Shown here piece after piece: positions 46,729 through 55,967 of a stretch of DNA of 64,000 nucleotides. Under the pieces are notes generated by a model. That model did no database searches. It was not told the origin of the DNA and saw nothing but the letters and a program-made list of their open reading frames with translations. Within the stretch, counting starts at the first letter, position 1, and every line of letters begins with the position of its first letter. The DNA lies in contig CAYLQQ010000001.1 of NCBI GenBank assembly GCA_964386355.1, positions 12,256 through 76,255 of the forward strand, read 5' to 3'. This DNA comes from an uncultured Pseudomonadales bacterium. GTDB taxonomy: Bacteria; Patescibacteriota; Microgenomatia; UBA1400; UBA1449. The position numbers and the translations under genes were made by a program.

Positions 46729-47541
46729 TCAAGTATAAAATTGTTGAGGTATAGCTTCCAAACCGGGACGCACACCTGTATAGCTTGGCATACGAGCAAG
46801 TTCGTTGCGGATAATGTGACAAAACTGAGCTGCTACCACAGGCAACTGACCATCTACATTAAGAAGTACAAACTTTGACAAAGTAACTCCTCTCATATCT
46901 TCATCAATTTTCCTTAAGCGATCTCTCACTTGTTCAGGGGAAGATCCTGGACGATTACGTAAACGGTTCTCTAAAACTTCCTTTGATTCTGGCATAACAA
47001 AAATTGGAACTATTGCTGTATTTCTTAGTATTTGGTTACCTTGCCATAGTTCCAGTACACGCTGTGCTCCATCATGTTCAACCCGCAACACAGAAATTCC
47101 ATTATGTCTTTCTACTCGCTCTAATTCAGTAAAACTTGTACCCTTAAAATCATCAACTCCATAAGGTATATGTTCAACAAATTTGTGATTTACTATCATT
47201 TGTCCAAATGTTTCCTTATTAACAAAATGGTAATGTACCCCGTCAATCTCGCCCGGCCTTGTTTTACGCGTTGTATGAGTGACAATCCGTTGCAACAATC
47301 CTCGTGACTCAAGTTGTTCGAGAATCCCATCTTTTCCGGCTCCTGATAATCCCATGAGAATAACCATTAATGAATGGGCGAAAGTTAATCGCTCTGGAGT
47401 ATTAAGTTCACTACTTGAAACTCTATATACATACGGTATCTCAAAAGATAAACCCACTCCTTGGTCTTCAACTTGCATTTCATACCAGGTTTGAAACTGA
47501 GTAATAACGTTTGGTACTCTTGGTACTCTTTCTTGAGACAT
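46729..47541 (-). CDS. guanylate kinase-like P-loop kinase with a 60-aa N-terminal extension
   Basis: ILMGLSGAGKDG (P-loop), then RIVTHTTRKTRPGEIDGVHYHFV...HIPYGVDDFKGTS, parallels Gmk (SGPSGAGK...TTR.PRPGE.DG.DY.FV...Y.GT). Confidence 0.6.
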   Translation of the reverse strand: MSQERVPRVPNVITQFQTWYEMQVEDQGVGLSFEIPYVYRVSSSELNTPERLTFAHSLMVILMGLSGAGKDGILEQLESRGLLQRIVTHTTRKTRPGEIDGVHYHFVNKETFGQMIVNHKFVEHIPYGVDDFKGTSFTELERVERHNGISVLRVEHDGAQRVLELWQGNQILRNTAIVPIFVMPESKEVLENRLRNRPGSSPEQVRDRLRKIDEDMRGVTLSKFVLLNVDGQLPVVAAQFCHIIRNELARMPSYTGVRPGLEAIPQQFYT

Positions 47542-47595
47542 AACCGAAGAATTATACCAGAGAGAGAAGAAATATTCAGAGAGGAAGTAGTATGT

Positions 47596-49032
47596 TTAGA
47601 GTAAGCCTTTTTGTTTGATCTGTTTTATTATCTGTTGATGAACTTCTTCGATAGTCTTTGAAGCATCTACGACAATCCAACGTCCGTGGTCGTTACGCTT
47701 TGCTAGTTTAAGGTAACCGGCACGTACTTTGTCGTGAAAATCTTTTTGTTCCAGATCCAAACGATTCATCACTTCGGAAGCACTCCTTCGAGCTAGACCT
47801 AGCTCTGACTTAATATCCAAAAGCATCGTCAGATCAGGATACAGGTTTTGTGTGGAAATATTATTCAGCTGTTCAATCAGGTCTTCTCCAAAGCCCCGTA
47901 CTATTCCTTGATAGACTACGGATGAGTCTCTTGTGCGGTCACACAAAACCACCTTACCTGTTTCTAGAGCTGGAATGATCAACTCCTGATAAATCTGTGC
48001 CCGAGCTGCCTGGAATAACAAAACTTCAGTCCCAAATGCCATACCAGTATTTTTTGTATGTAAGACAATTTCTCTGATTTGCTCAGAAATTGCCGTACCC
48101 CCTGGTTCTCTGGTGATAAGTACTTCTTTGCCTGTTTTGATTAACAAATCTGCCAATAGTTTTATCTGGACTGTTTTACCAGCCCCTTCTCCACCTTCAA
48201 ACGATATAAGAAGGCCTTTTTTATTAATTTTCTTTTGAGCAACATGATGTAAACCATTGATAGATGAAAAGTGGTGTTTTTCGCATTTGGGGAAATAGTT
48301 ATATGACACTTTACCAACCAGCATGAGCGCGTCAGAGTTAAACGATGCCGGCTTATCATCCAGATTAAGCTGGGTAAAGATAGCCGGATTCTGACATTGA
48401 GGTTCGCTACAGCGGGCAGAAAGCACCAGCATCAGGTCAGCGTGGCCAAATAAGGCTCTGTTGTTTTCCCATTGAATCCGTTTATATGAAAAATCAAGTC
48501 CGGCAATAACTAAAGTTATTCTTTTTTCATTAATAATTTTTATTAAAGATCGAAACTCGGAAGCATCAACCTTAGCTCTATCACAAAAGTGCCATTCATC
48601 AATTAACACAACTGTCCCTGGCTTGACATCGTGTAAATAAGTTTCTAGATCACTGAGGTCTTTATACACTTGAGCCGGGTATTCCTTACCGGAGCCCCAT
48701 GATTTTATGACAGCCTTATCACTCGTACGCTGCATATCCTTCTGATGTGTAAAGGCTTGTATACGTAATTTTTTTACTGAGGAAAGTAGTAGTAACAGGG
48801 CAGTTTTTCCCGATCCCATAGGCCCACAAATACCGATAATTCCCCCGTTTGGATGAGCCTCTATATAGTCGATTATCCGTTTAAGTGCCGGGAAGTGGTG
48901 TTGGTTATAGCCTTTCTGTTTACTTTCAGATGGGTCAGAATACCAGTAGGCTTTGCTTTTTCCAACTGTAAGTGTGGAAACAGGGTACGGAATAAGATCT
49001 TTGTTCTGGTCATTTACAGCTATTTCAGACAT
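47596..49032 (-). CDS. bifunctional fusion: N-terminal thymidine kinase-like domain plus C-terminal thymidylate kinase domain
   Basis: TK-like: GICGPMGSGKT, VLIDEWHFC, AGLDFSYKR, and a zinc ribbon CSEPQC...PKCEKHH. TMPK: LISFEGGEGAGKT, ITREPGGT, LLFQAARAQIY...VLCDRTRDSSVVYQG. Confidence 0.75.
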   Translation of the reverse strand: MSEIAVNDQNKDLIPYPVSTLTVGKSKAYWYSDPSESKQKGYNQHHFPALKRIIDYIEAHPNGGIIGICGPMGSGKTALLLLLSSVKKLRIQAFTHQKDMQRTSDKAVIKSWGSGKEYPAQVYKDLSDLETYLHDVKPGTVVLIDEWHFCDRAKVDASEFRSLIKIINEKRITLVIAGLDFSYKRIQWENNRALFGHADLMLVLSARCSEPQCQNPAIFTQLNLDDKPASFNSDALMLVGKVSYNYFPKCEKHHFSSINGLHHVAQKKINKKGLLISFEGGEGAGKTVQIKLLADLLIKTGKEVLITREPGGTAISEQIREIVLHTKNTGMAFGTEVLLFQAARAQIYQELIIPALETGKVVLCDRTRDSSVVYQGIVRGFGEDLIEQLNNISTQNLYPDLTMLLDIKSELGLARRSASEVMNRLDLEQKDFHDKVRAGYLKLAKRNDHGRWIVVDASKTIEEVHQQIIKQIKQKGLL

Positions 49033-49056
49033 ACATGGTTAAGTATATTCATTTTC

Positions 49057-49989
49057 TTACATTTGTAAAACGGCTGATTGCCGGTGATGTGCTGCATTGG
49101 GGACAAGTACACGAGCCTGTGAATTCTCTGGTGTGCGTAATTCGTTGACCCAGTCCATAAACTGTTTCCATGTAGGGTCTCCGCGCCATCCACTGGCTGC
49201 AAAATCAATCCACAACTGTCCTGTAATATCAAATACCCAGTCAATATTAGGCACACCCCTGAGGTGACGCTGGATATTTGTGTCAATATCAATCCCTCCA
49301 TTTAAATAAGCTCTGTGAATCTCTTCAGAATGTAAGATTGCCCCACAGGCTTTGCGTTTATAAGCAATGAGGGTATCAACAAGGCGGCTAAACGGCATCT
49401 GTTTTTGTTGACTGAGGAAATCGTCCCATGTTAGTTGGAGCAAGCTATGTACCTTGGTGGTAATCCGAGGTAGGCCATCAACGGGACTGTATGCACCCGC
49501 AGACGTAGCCATGAGCACTTCAATGGCATTGCTGGTAAGCTGCGTCTCAACCATGAGAGCAGTCTCAGCCTCATCCCTTGGTTTAAACAAGACTGCCGAG
49601 CCATTATCCTGATATGCAACTACAACCATATCTTTTGCAATTTCCGGAACTACCAAGCCTTGTGCCATCTGCCCAAGCATTTGAGGTTGCTCAAGCTGGC
49701 TATGTAGACTGCTGGCTACTTTTGAAGCTGCCAACATTTGTGTAAACCAGTTGGGTAGCCACTCTGTATTGCGTGCTTCCACCAGCATCACCCGCTCGTT
49801 AGGATGCGTATGCATCCCAAGTGACTCTCTAAGCGCTACTTGAATAGCGTACTCATCATAACAGGAAGGCAAAGGTTGAGAGGGAATGCCAAACTGCTCA
49901 AAGTAATCCTTAAAAACGGGCTGAACGCCCCCTTCTCCATTTCGCATGGACATGTGGGGGAACGCAAACTCAATATCAGGCTTCGGCAT
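49057..49989 (-). CDS. hypothetical protein (310 aa), first gene of the island array
   Basis: ORF with no recognisable motif. A 109-nt intergenic region lies upstream. Confidence 0.45.
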   Translation of the reverse strand: MPKPDIEFAFPHMSMRNGEGGVQPVFKDYFEQFGIPSQPLPSCYDEYAIQVALRESLGMHTHPNERVMLVEARNTEWLPNWFTQMLAASKVASSLHSQLEQPQMLGQMAQGLVVPEIAKDMVVVAYQDNGSAVLFKPRDEAETALMVETQLTSNAIEVLMATSAGAYSPVDGLPRITTKVHSLLQLTWDDFLSQQKQMPFSRLVDTLIAYKRKACGAILHSEEIHRAYLNGGIDIDTNIQRHLRGVPNIDWVFDITGQLWIDFAASGWRGDPTWKQFMDWVNELRTPENSQARVLVPNAAHHRQSAVLQM

Positions 49990-50098
49990 AGGAGTCAGAG
50001 AAACTATACAGATTACTATCTCTTACAACAGAGTTCTCAGTATGCTAACGGGTTAATATGGCTAATGCAAGAGCTAGATTAGGTGAATGTAAAAACAC

Positions 50099-51190
50099 TT
50101 ATTCCTGAATTGGAGAATTTACGTATTTCTCAAAAAATATCAAATCCCGCTCCACTACCTGATTCCAGGAGCCTGCCATATTGTGGTCAGCATAGGGATA
50201 GGTGTAGTACTTGTAATTTTTTTTAAGTTCTTTGAGTTTTTTGACAAACTCATTTGACCACTTGAGTGGTACAGCATCATCCGCTCCACCTTGATGAATC
50301 TGAAGAGGTGCCTGTACAAGGTCAAAGTAGTCACTGATCGAGTACTGCCTGGCGTCATAATCGTTTTCAAGCCTGGCAACCTCAGCCCGCAACGCCTTCC
50401 CCTCATCTTCAAACTCATCTGTAAAAAAGAGAATGGCAAATGGAAATGGCTTGGTAACGGGTGCCCATAAAGTAGTTGGGATATTTTGCCGGGAAATCTC
50501 CAACACGGAAAGGGCAATCTGCCCCCCATTACTGTGCGCCCAGATTCCGATTTTTTCAGGGTCAGCTTGGTCAAGTGTCTTAATAGATGCTAAGAGGTTG
50601 AGCACTTGGACGGGGTTATTAAACCGTTCCCACCACACATCGTTTTCTGGCATATCTGATTTTCCATAACCTAGAAAGTCAGGTGCTAAGGTGATATAGC
50701 CATTCTGGGCAAATACCCCAGCCGCCCGTTTGGTGCCAATACCGGATTCATACATATCTCTATCTACAAAGCCCCGAAGCATCACAAGTACGGGATACTT
50801 CCCGTTTAGGGGTATCTGAAGCAATGCCGATTCACTCGCTTCCTGTGCAGAATCTGAAGCTGTTGGCGGCAATGGAATATTTATCTGTCCTGAGACCCGT
50901 TTCCCATCTGATACAAAGAAAAACAGGTGTGATTTGTACCGGTCTTCAGCTTCTGTTTCAGTGTTGAGTTGTTTGTCAATCTCAATCTGGCTACCTCTAT
51001 ATTCACGTTTGCTCAGATTATCAAATGTAAATTTCTCTAGAGGTTTCTCGGTTGGTACAGGGACAAAATTTGGCTTAACTTGGACTATATTTGAGCGATA
51101 TTGTGTGAAGTAATAAATTCCTGTATACGCTCCAATTCCCAAAAGCAACACATTCAACACGATAAGAAAAACAATTAATGCTTTATTCAT
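50099..51190 (-). CDS. membrane-anchored alpha/beta-hydrolase (dienelactone hydrolase/S9-like)
   Basis: N-terminal TM helix and the nucleophile elbow GIWAHSNGG. Native-like K-rich composition. Confidence 0.6.
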   Translation of the reverse strand: MNKALIVFLIVLNVLLLGIGAYTGIYYFTQYRSNIVQVKPNFVPVPTEKPLEKFTFDNLSKREYRGSQIEIDKQLNTETEAEDRYKSHLFFFVSDGKRVSGQINIPLPPTASDSAQEASESALLQIPLNGKYPVLVMLRGFVDRDMYESGIGTKRAAGVFAQNGYITLAPDFLGYGKSDMPENDVWWERFNNPVQVLNLLASIKTLDQADPEKIGIWAHSNGGQIALSVLEISRQNIPTTLWAPVTKPFPFAILFFTDEFEDEGKALRAEVARLENDYDARQYSISDYFDLVQAPLQIHQGGADDAVPLKWSNEFVKKLKELKKNYKYYTYPYADHNMAGSWNQVVERDLIFFEKYVNSPIQE

Positions 51191-51275
51191 ATTATAGGAT
51201 TTACAATTATACCGTACATATGTATAATTACCAGCTCTTAAACATTTACCTGTATCTTAGATTGACCAAAATTGT

Positions 51276-52922
51276 ATGGCGTTATTAGAAAGAATTATTC
51301 ATCAAGCATATGAAGGTGGACAACACCCAATTATAACTGAAGATCCTGACAACACCAATGGAGCTTTTTTTGTATTGCAAATACCTACTCCTGAATTATT
51401 GGGATTTGAACGCAGGAACTCGATGGATGCTATTATAAAAGAGGCTCAACAGCTTGATCCTCTAACTGTGATTACACTAAATGAATCAACTGAGCTAGTA
51501 GTCGGAACCACCTTCAACGCATCTCCTCACTCTCCATTTTTTGTTCCCAAAGAATCGTTTAATCAAGTATGGCAAATAGAGCCACAACAACAAGAACAAG
51601 ATCTACCAGATTATGTTCCTTTACATCATGTTATTTGGGTCACTATACGACAACTCCAACCTGACGGTTCCTATGTGTATACCCAAGTGGATAGCTATGA
51701 CTTGGTTGGTGCTAGAGCTGAAACACTGAATACCCTGATTCCTGGTGTAAATAATGATCAAATACAGACAGCCTTACCAACAGCCTATGAAGATATTGCA
51801 AAACGTGCACATAGGTCGGCAGCTGCTCTCTCAACTTTATATAACGAGCTGGTACGTCCACAGTTAAATATTCAACTTGCTTCTAAACTCTTCCAACTAG
51901 GGTGCGCTACTACTGAATTAGAACTTTTCCCCAAAAGACAGCATGCTTTTTTAGCAGAAGGGATCGGACAAAGTGAACATATCGAAATAGGGACTCCTTT
52001 CAATGTACAAGGGTTCGGCCGCGGACCCCAGTCTGTAAAAAACAAACATGTACAACTTGCTCTGTATGTATCTATCGAGGAAATTGAGCAGATAATTGAA
52101 ACAGTCAATACGGCTAACCCTTTCGTTAGTAAACTAGAAATATTACAAGCTGTATTAAATACATTACAAACTGATGAGACTGATCCTATATATCCAATAC
52201 GAGGTTCACTTACGCTCAGGCCTATAGAGCAGCTCCGTGATGATCAAATTTTAAAGCATGTCGATCCCTATGGATTTATCGCTACCGAAGTGCTAGATCC
52301 GGTCGTCAAATCGTGGCTAAATGCTCACTTTGCACAACTTGATCCAAACATCCAGGTTAGGAAGTTTGAAGATGTCAGTAGTCGAGATCAGCTGACCCAA
52401 AGGTTTGCAACTGGGTGGGAGATTGAGATACCAAAAACTATGTTAGCTCAAGGATTGGCTTTAACTGGGGAATTTGAGAGCCAGATGTATAGTTTTTGGA
52501 AAGAAATAATTAAACAATATGAACAATGGTACCGAACAGGTTCTGATGAAGAGTTGAAAACATACATTGATACGTTACCGATAGAAGATCCAAGAGATAA
52601 AATATATCTCCTCAGACTTATAAAAATAGTCCAACCGACTGAAGAACAGCTTCAAGAATGGAATATGATGCGCAAGCAAGAATTGATCCTAACATATGAG
52701 GGACAGGATACTAACCCAGCTACTCAAGTTGCAATTTCTCTTAAGCAACAAGTATTGCCAGAATATAATCAGGGATACAATCTGCCAAATGTACCTGGTC
52801 TAGGATTCTCCGTAAAGATCAATGGAGTTGATACGGTACTCCTCAGAATACGACCGATTCTTGATCTCAATGGTCTAGCTGAAAATATCTCAAGTTTGGT
52901 ACTTGCAAGAAAAACATATTAA
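51276..52922 (+). CDS. hypothetical protein (548 aa, Q/E/L-rich)
   Basis: Long ORF with no family recognised. Confidence 0.5.
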   Translation: MALLERIIHQAYEGGQHPIITEDPDNTNGAFFVLQIPTPELLGFERRNSMDAIIKEAQQLDPLTVITLNESTELVVGTTFNASPHSPFFVPKESFNQVWQIEPQQQEQDLPDYVPLHHVIWVTIRQLQPDGSYVYTQVDSYDLVGARAETLNTLIPGVNNDQIQTALPTAYEDIAKRAHRSAAALSTLYNELVRPQLNIQLASKLFQLGCATTELELFPKRQHAFLAEGIGQSEHIEIGTPFNVQGFGRGPQSVKNKHVQLALYVSIEEIEQIIETVNTANPFVSKLEILQAVLNTLQTDETDPIYPIRGSLTLRPIEQLRDDQILKHVDPYGFIATEVLDPVVKSWLNAHFAQLDPNIQVRKFEDVSSRDQLTQRFATGWEIEIPKTMLAQGLALTGEFESQMYSFWKEIIKQYEQWYRTGSDEELKTYIDTLPIEDPRDKIYLLRLIKIVQPTEEQLQEWNMMRKQELILTYEGQDTNPATQVAISLKQQVLPEYNQGYNLPNVPGLGFSVKINGVDTVLLRIRPILDLNGLAENISSLVLARKTY

Positions 52923-52932
52923 AATTCCTCTA

Positions 52933-53451
52933 TCACCTAATATTGTATTCTAAAAGTATTGTTCCCTCTTCTCCCAGCTTTTGACTATTTACTAAATCAA
53001 GTCTGAATTCGTGTAAACTTTGATTAAACAGTTTCAGACCTGCCCCAAAGACCACCGGTTCTACAGTCAATAACATCCTATTTACCAGCTTTGCCTTCAT
53101 AAAAAGGGTATAAATAGTTGATCCCCCACATATTGCCACCTGCTCATACCCCCTACCCTCCAGCTCTGCCAAAAGCTGTTTGGGGTCTTTGTTGGTAAAC
53201 TCCAGATTAGGAAACTGAAACTGTCTAGCCGAAACCTCCGGTTCCATACTAAAGACAATATTCTGCCTATTAGGCAGCGGTTTTCCAATGGTTTGGAAGG
53301 TATTCCAACCCATCACCATAACACCAATCTCTTTGGTAGTTTTTGCAAACCACAAGCGATCTGCTTTGCTCGTCCAAGCAGTCGAAACTTGAGAAGTCTC
53401 TCTGGCAATAAAGCCATCAGCGGTAAGAGCGGCGATAAGAATTACTTCCAT
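52933..53451 (-). CDS. folA: dihydrofolate reductase
   Basis: About 170 aa. The N-terminal ILIAALTADGFIA, WFAKTT...VVMGWNTFQTIGKPLPNRQNIVFS and GGSTIY fit the DHFR motifs. Confidence 0.75.
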   Translation of the reverse strand: MEVILIAALTADGFIARETSQVSTAWTSKADRLWFAKTTKEIGVMVMGWNTFQTIGKPLPNRQNIVFSMEPEVSARQFQFPNLEFTNKDPKQLLAELEGRGYEQVAICGGSTIYTLFMKAKLVNRMLLTVEPVVFGAGLKLFNQSLHEFRLDLVNSQKLGEEGTILLEYNIR

Positions 53452-53501
53452 AAGTTCTTTTGTAGATTTACACGCTTAACATAACATCTTACCATGAGTA
53501 C

Positions 53502-54911
53502 ATGCAACATAAAATCGTGGTGTTAGTTATTGCATGTATATGCTTTTTCTTGTATGTCATTTCAAAAGACACAACATATTTTCTCAGGGATGATTTTGAT
53601 TTTTTACTGTATGCCAAATATCCAATTTCAAACACGCTGCTTATTCCCCATAATCAGCATATCGTTATTTTACCCCGGCTCCTTTTTGCAATTGAATCAA
53701 TTCTGTTTGGCATGAATCACAATCTCTATTTAATAGTATCAATACTATTACACGGCTTAGTTCTGTATGGTATGTACAGAGTTATACAAATAATTACTAA
53801 GAGTAAAAAATTTTCATTGCTCTTTACTTTAATATGTGTAGTGCCTGGTTCATCATACAAAGTAATTGCATTAGCAAATAGCCAAATGTTCCTTCTAGCT
53901 AGCCTTTTGGGATTACTCAGCATCTTAGTTTTGCTTCTATTTAAAAAGACAAACAATAGTCTATATCCCATTATTAGCTGTATTGCTGGTCTTTTGGCTA
54001 GCTGGTGCCATGGGATTGGTCTTGCAGTTTTATTGGCATCTGTCTGTGTGTGTGTATTAAACAAAAGAATATCTTGGAAATTAAAACTTACAACTCTTTT
54101 GATTGGAATTGCAGGGGTAGTGACATATATTCTATTTGTAGGATCATCCCTCAGATCTGATTTGAATAGCCAAGCAATACAAACTAAAGTCCCAATGATA
54201 CAACACTTTATTCAAAAGGGAATTATTGACGGAAGCATGTGGGGCATAATTATGCCAAGATTTACCTACAACAATATATCCCCCAACCTAATCCCTCCAT
54301 TACTGATTGCGTTAATGTTAGTCAGTATACTGGTATTTTTTCAACTACGAAATCAGCTTAAAAATATGTGGAATTCTATTGAAATTTTTATTATTTTTAT
54401 CTTATCTCACTTTTTTATTTTAAGTATAGGAAGGGCAAACAATCTTATGTATTCAGTAAGCCCCCAATTTACGTATTTCCCAAAAGTGCTTATCACTGTA
54501 CTACTTGCTACTATTTTATTTCAGTATTGGATGATAAATTCTACAAGAATTACTAAGCTTATTTTGGTAAGTTTTGTATTGTGTGTCTTCTTTGTCCAAT
54601 TTATGTTTTATACCGATAGACTCAATGCATTTGAACCACGTATCGTCTTTACAAAAACATATATACAAGCAATCTTACACACAACTACAACACAAAAAGA
54701 GGTTATCAATTTCCCATTACCTGATTGTATAAATTCTAATATGCATTTCCAAGATATTGCATATGTATATAAAGTGAAAAATAGTCCTCACTATATAGAT
54801 CAAAAACACATTCCTGATATTAATAGCTATATAAATAGCATCCAAGATCCTATTGTAAAAGAAACGTACCATACAGCCCTACATCATCTGGATATGTTCA
54901 GTAGTAATTAA
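53502..54911 (+). CDS. polytopic integral membrane protein (possible GT-C-type glycosyltransferase)
   Basis: 469 aa with at least 10 hydrophobic helices. No catalytic motif confirmed. Confidence 0.45.
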   Translation: MQHKIVVLVIACICFFLYVISKDTTYFLRDDFDFLLYAKYPISNTLLIPHNQHIVILPRLLFAIESILFGMNHNLYLIVSILLHGLVLYGMYRVIQIITKSKKFSLLFTLICVVPGSSYKVIALANSQMFLLASLLGLLSILVLLLFKKTNNSLYPIISCIAGLLASWCHGIGLAVLLASVCVCVLNKRISWKLKLTTLLIGIAGVVTYILFVGSSLRSDLNSQAIQTKVPMIQHFIQKGIIDGSMWGIIMPRFTYNNISPNLIPPLLIALMLVSILVFFQLRNQLKNMWNSIEIFIIFILSHFFILSIGRANNLMYSVSPQFTYFPKVLITVLLATILFQYWMINSTRITKLILVSFVLCVFFVQFMFYTDRLNAFEPRIVFTKTYIQAILHTTTTQKEVINFPLPDCINSNMHFQDIAYVYKVKNSPHYIDQKHIPDINSYINSIQDPIVKETYHTALHHLDMFSSN

Positions 54912-55016
54912 ATTACATCCTGTCACTTGTAACCTGTCAATTCACTTGTTATATTAGGTCAGCTTTACAAACAATTTAATATGGGTTTTATGATGCGCTC
55001 CTAAAATCCCAATCTT

Positions 55017-55967
55017 ATGCCCCGACCAAGACATCCTGAATACCAGTACCTCGATCTCTTGCAAGATATCATGAAAAACGGAGTTGAGAAAGTCAGCCAT
55101 TCCACAGGCATGGGACTTAGGTCGGTTTTTGGTAGACAGATGCGTTATGACCTATCAAAAGGCTTCCCTCTGTTAACGACAAAAAAAGTATTTATGCGCG
55201 GAATTATCCATGAACTGATTTGGTTTTTATCGGGAAGCCCAAATATCAAGTATCTGGTTGATAATAACGTTCACATTTGGGACGACTGGGCATATAAAAA
55301 CTACCAAACTGCTATGAAAAAGGGTGAAGTTAAGAAAATGGATATCGATACCTTTGCCCAGCACATCAAAAATGATGATAAGTTTGCAAAAAAATGGGGA
55401 GATATTGGGCCTGTCTATGGCGTTCAGTGGCGAGACTGGCCGGTTGGTGATGGCCGCCACATTGACCAGATAGCCTGGATGCTTGAAAAAATGAAAAAGG
55501 AACCCCAGAAAAAACACTACATTATTTCTGCATGGAACTGCGGCTACATCTATGAAATGGCGCCATCAAGAGATGAATCCATGGCAATAGCCCCCTGTCA
55601 CACGTTTTTCCATGTCAATATTGCTGGAGATAAACTATCACTCCAACTTTACCAGAGAAGCGCTGATATGTTTTTGGGTGTACCTTTCAATATCGCCAGT
55701 TATGCCCTATTAACCTTAATGCTTGCCCAGGTAACTGGCTACAAGCCGGGTGAATTTATCCATACATTTGGCGATGCCCATGTATACCATAACCACTTTA
55801 AACAGGTCAAAGAGCAGTTAAAAAGGAAGCCACGCAAATGGCCGACAATGAAGATCAACCCGGCAGTCAAATCAATAGATGATTTTAAATTCGAAGATTT
55901 TAGTGTAGAAAATTACAATCCATATCCTCCAATCAAAGGTGAAATTACTGTGGTGGGAGGGTTTTAG
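55017..55967 (+). CDS. thyA: thymidylate synthase (ThyA)
   Basis: Active-site region [11 protein letters not shown] with the catalytic Cys, plus [22 protein letters not shown]. Confidence 0.9.
   Translation: MPRPRHPEYQYLDLLQDIMKNGVEKVSHSTGMGLRSVFGRQMRYDLSKGFPLLTTKKVFMRGIIHELIWFLSGSPNIKYLVDNNVHIWDDWAYKNYQTAMKKGEVKKMDIDTFAQHIKNDDKFAKKWGDIGPVYGVQWRDWPVGDGRHIDQIAWMLEKMKKEPQKKHYIISAWNCGYIYEMAPSRDESMAIAPCHTFFHVNIAGDKLSLQLYQRSADMFLGVPFNIASYALLTLMLAQVTGYKPGEFIHTFGDAHVYHNHFKQVKEQLKRKPRKWPTMKINPAVKSIDDFKFEDFSVENYNPYPPIKGEITVVGGF

Noticed and set aside
50155-50669. ORFs 50155..50574 (minus, alternate frame) and 50433..50669 (plus) within the membrane-anchored hydrolase gene
   Set aside because: They overlap the GxSxG-bearing hydrolase ORF. 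Basic and low-complexity composition. Treated as spurious.
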